From a virus (Duplodnaviria; Caudoviricetes), in IMG/VR virus record IMGVR_UViG_3300048575_000011, positions 1 to 27,101 of that record: a DNA stretch of 27,101 nt. One strand, 5' to 3'. The notes beneath the pieces are model-generated. The model worked only from the letters and a program-made list of their open reading frames with translations, was not told the DNA's origin and searched no databases. Of this stretch, positions 25,401 to 27,101 are shown piece after piece (the first letter of the stretch is position 1; each line of letters starts with the position of its first letter). Both the position numbers and the translations under genes were made by a program.

Positions 25401-26547
25401 GCGGATAGCCCGCGTCGAACATGCCGCGGCCAGCCGGAGCGATGTAGCGAGTCCCCTGCTCGACCTTGTGCGTGCCGAACCGGGCCATGTCGAACCCTTC
25501 CGGGCTCGGGTTTCGATGGATCGACACGGCGCCGATCACCTGAGACATGAACCCGAAGGCGTAGAGGATCCTCGGGGAGACGTTTGCATCCCCGAACATG
25601 CCGGGCCCGATCCCGTCCGGCCTCGCCGCCTGCGTCGCTTGCGTGTTGATGACGGAAACCGAGCCCAGGCCCAGCGCGTCGGCCCCTGGCGGTGAGATCG
25701 TCCGGATCTTCAGCGAGATCGCCGTCGTGCCCGCATAGAACCCGTCGATCGACCCCTTTGAAATGAAGCGCCGATACAGCCAAACCGCTGGATCGCTGAA
25801 TTCCGTTGCGGCGAACCCTTTCGGCGCGATGTCGCGCGCGCCCTTTCGGATGTAGTGCGTCCCGACCTGATTGAACGGGATCGGAATGCCGGTGTTCAGA
25901 GAGACGTAGCGAATCGAGCCAAGCAATGACGGCTTACCGAACGCCCCCGGCGCGATCCCCGAAGGCTTGACCGCTCCGCCCGTTGCTTCCAGGGATGCAG
26001 TCCCGAACGCCGTTTCGATCCCAAGCGTAACGCCCAGGATGCGGCCATACCCGACAGACCCGAACTCAAGGACAAGCGCTCCGCCAGGAGGCGGGTTGAG
26101 TGCTTCCGAAAAATTCAGGACAACCGACGAACCAGGGGGCGGAGTGTAGGCACCCATGTACCGCATGCGCGGCGCGGGAACCTGCTCGACGCCAAACCCG
26201 TAATTGAAGAAACCGGACGGCGTGATGAACCGGCGCCACCTGACGTACAAGGGCGCCGGCATCGCCAGCGATTCCCAGGCCTTCGGATAGACGCGCTGCG
26301 CCATCCGGTCAATCGTCGGTGCCTGCCTGATCCAGCTCGGGAAAGCCTGTGATAGCCACCCAGCCGGGCGCACGAATGAAGAGCGGAGAGAAACGCGGGG
26401 ATTCCCGAGCTGAACCCCGCTCGTGATCCCGACGCCAACAGGCTGAACCGCCAATGACGTGAAGTTGAGATTTACCGATCCCCCAGCAGGCGGCGCAAGC
26501 GGTGTGCTGAAGTTGAGGGTGAGACGACTTCCTGGCGGCGCTCCCAT
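22432..26547 (-). CDS. Large repeat-containing virion protein, 1371 aa (fibre/spike-like)
   Basis: SD TAAGGG. About 30 recognisable copies of PxG(F/I)DxxxFGxPxV plus five PPxGxxVxLNF-like motifs. Confidence 0.78.
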   Translation of the reverse strand: MGAPPGSRLTLNFSTPLAPPAGGSVNLNFTSLAVQPVGVGITSGVQLGNPRVSLRSSFVRPAGWLSQAFPSWIRQAPTIDRMAQRVYPKAWESLAMPAPLYVRWRRFITPSGFFNYGFGVEQVPAPRMRYMGAYTPPPGSSVVLNFSEALNPPPGGALVLEFGSVGYGRILGVTLGIETAFGTASLEATGGAVKPSGIAPGAFGKPSLLGSIRYVSLNTGIPIPFNQVGTHYIRKGARDIAPKGFAATEFSDPAVWLYRRFISKGSIDGFYAGTTAISLKIRTISPPGADALGLGSVSVINTQATQAARPDGIGPGMFGDANVSPRILYAFGFMSQVIGAVSIHRNPSPEGFDMARFGTHKVEQGTRYIAPAGRGMFDAGYPRVKDRAFYVQHIASPRSAVFGDVLVRNINAKVRAEGWDSFDSSPWSVVDLRNRTISVPGIDPALSPRGQYTPPDLDSTITLNSERAPDLSETVILPRLALYSSGHLVKNAAYGIYPAAFSSLEMGRASETSVGEPIRYIRQAGGVLFDAYGTATISKHPEVAPSGFSGEVGTPAIWPAIRSVFTSGSETLRVSAPTVWFGYRYVRAGGADSTQFGRGRVEHDRRFLLGDGMASEAYGIPRVSHYEQTIAPESVREVFASNHVVGTRRWLRPVGFDAARFGARIIPEILHAYPFGFSNPFGTPSIDTMRKSIAPSGFLTVGQQPEDRWGTPRVFNLRQYVCMFYDVDSELNPPAWPNWTLVENRDRTIRAIGRNTAQIGYPILGNQARLISPIGAEPAEVSRSAMIAYRLRPLKLEGIEAPYMSGWARIYNDGRVLAPAGIDPATIGKPSLEKTRRYYRQNGFDSAWLGYPTISERIRTVSIESRYGINPPIIPLPEVKLFTRYVEPRGLDAHGAAMPFLEIHWTKIWPRWTLQNFYGSPIVRNLTPELGQRGRNSEEFGDPSVRLQWRQIETAESYMTLFGRASIADKRRTIHASGLMAGAIGDKIKIIKSGTPPYSTQTIDLSRYRAETNTPDDNGFGIPAPDYQVGTPVFNQQVVYVVQAGSSARFGTPFVSANSIRVEPGYQELTVGEPSVSLKIRTLTVSGFPNAEVFEPSNPRVSPHTIYAVMDAPEQAKANHPTSGLHYVDGRTGGPGAVFGSPAVENRHRGIGPTSIYPEIAGIPVVFNRKMFVSVKGIQSLRFGWHVIPGPATVEIFEASDTMEFGEAAIDYAPHVGPRTLKAAGYSMTQWGAAHRVENFNRFVSPIGYDAAKMGESVSGDAEYLPQHLNVGPRKPVIPDPFDSFSPGVAWVSLRVRGLSMDGFDAFISEYQLEAFAQRMRVRNATTNTPARQQVRPTGIDGFGSNGADLRLAARYIRPDGNADQLRKGAF

Positions 26548-26556
26548 CGCGCGCCC

Positions 26557-27099
26557 TTACATCGGAACTGCGCTGACGTGCGAGTAGATCACCCCGTTCT
26601 GCGCGCCCGTGTCATCGACGCCCACGACGGTCCAGGGGCCGATCGCAAGGTTCTTGAACGAGAACGATCCGTCTTCGCCAGTGCAGGCCTCGGCGTAGAT
26701 CCGCCCATCCGTCTGGTAGTAAAGGCGGACGCGGCGCGCAGCCGGGATCGTCAGCGAGGTGGTCGTTCCCTCGATCTTGTATAGCCCACCATGCCCCATG
26801 TCCATGTAGTAGCGCATCCGGTCGCCGATCATGAGCCGTCCGGCCTCGGTACTCGGATCGGTGATTGGTGAGCACGGCTGCCCCGGCGACACAAAGGGGT
26901 GCGAGCAGGGGTGATTCATCGCGGTGTAGTTGTGGATGTCGATGGCGCCCAGCGGCTGAACATCGAAGATCTTCGATGACAGGTAGGCCCAGGGCGACGA
27001 GGCGACATCGAGCGCAACAGACCTCTGGGTTGTCCAGGTCGCGCCGTCGTCGCTGTACTGCCAGTTGAACGATATGGGCATCTGGATCAGGCACCCGCT
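26557..27099 (-). CDS. Partial CDS (5' end outside the window): end of a discoidin/F5-8C-like domain plus a C-terminal carboxypeptidase-regulatory-like beta-sandwich
   Basis: Frame is open upstream of the track's Met to the window edge (SGCLIQMPISFNWQYSDDGATWT). P..F..QYSDDG..WT is discoidin-like; IEGT...RVRLY...T..DGSFSFKNL..GPWTVVG is transthyretin-like. Confidence 0.65.
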   Translation of the reverse strand, partial: SGCLIQMPISFNWQYSDDGATWTTQRSVALDVASSPWAYLSSKIFDVQPLGAIDIHNYTAMNHPCSHPFVSPGQPCSPITDPSTEAGRLMIGDRMRYYMDMGHGGLYKIEGTTTSLTIPAARRVRLYYQTDGRIYAEACTGEDGSFSFKNLAIGPWTVVGVDDTGAQNGVIYSHVSAVPM

Positions 27100-27101
27100 T
27101 G

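Larger units (their letters stand above)
1..27101 (-). mobile_element. Phage/prophage virion morphogenesis region (podovirus-like, PLxRFG polyvalent-protein type); both ends lie outside the window
   Basis: 13 co-oriented genes that overlap or abut. They include tail-fibre (GGTGATT..AAR..LG), collagen-like, cement-like and ejection-protein-like sequences plus a 3860-aa polyvalent protein. No host housekeeping genes and no att site or integrase seen. Confidence 0.88.

Noticed and set aside
1-27101. CRISPR array, DGR template/variable repeat pair, IS element, invertible segment or att site
   Set aside because: No regularly spaced repeats, long near-identical duplications, reverse transcriptase, transposase or recombinase seen. 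A by-eye scan could miss short or degenerate repeats.

Overview
The whole 27.1 kb window is one GC-rich, tightly packed, minus-strand gene block. It looks like the virion morphogenesis region (tail, ejection and fibre genes) of a podovirus-like phage or prophage of Proteobacteria. No integrase, capsid, terminase, sheath or host gene is visible. In transcription order (right to left) it holds: a partial discoidin-like/beta-sandwich protein, a 1371-aa repeat protein, 398-, 197-, 859- and 384-aa putative tail proteins, 629- and 555-aa putative ejected proteins, a 3860-aa PLxRFG-type polyvalent protein, and a small fibre module (BppU-like protein, two paralogous cement-like proteins, and a partial tail fibre missed by the ORF track). 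The giant protein carries an InPase domain, a putative BECR-fold RNase, an amino-methyltransferase, two zincin-like motifs and a hydrophobic C-terminal core. The most striking unexplained signal lies inside the giant gene on the opposite strand, at the C-terminal edge of the BECR-like domain: a sigma70-like promoter (TTGATT-N16-TACACT) followed by a 76-nt, almost fully paired four-way-junction cloverleaf RNA and a U-rich tract. This is a candidate RNA antitoxin or tRNA mimic paired with the nuclease module. A bipartite motif TAGGGTTT-N21-GA(T/G)GATT occurs twice upstream of genes and may be a phage late promoter. Two RBS-led +1-frame ORFs are nested in the giant gene's linker. All family assignments come from motif recognition by eye, not database searches.
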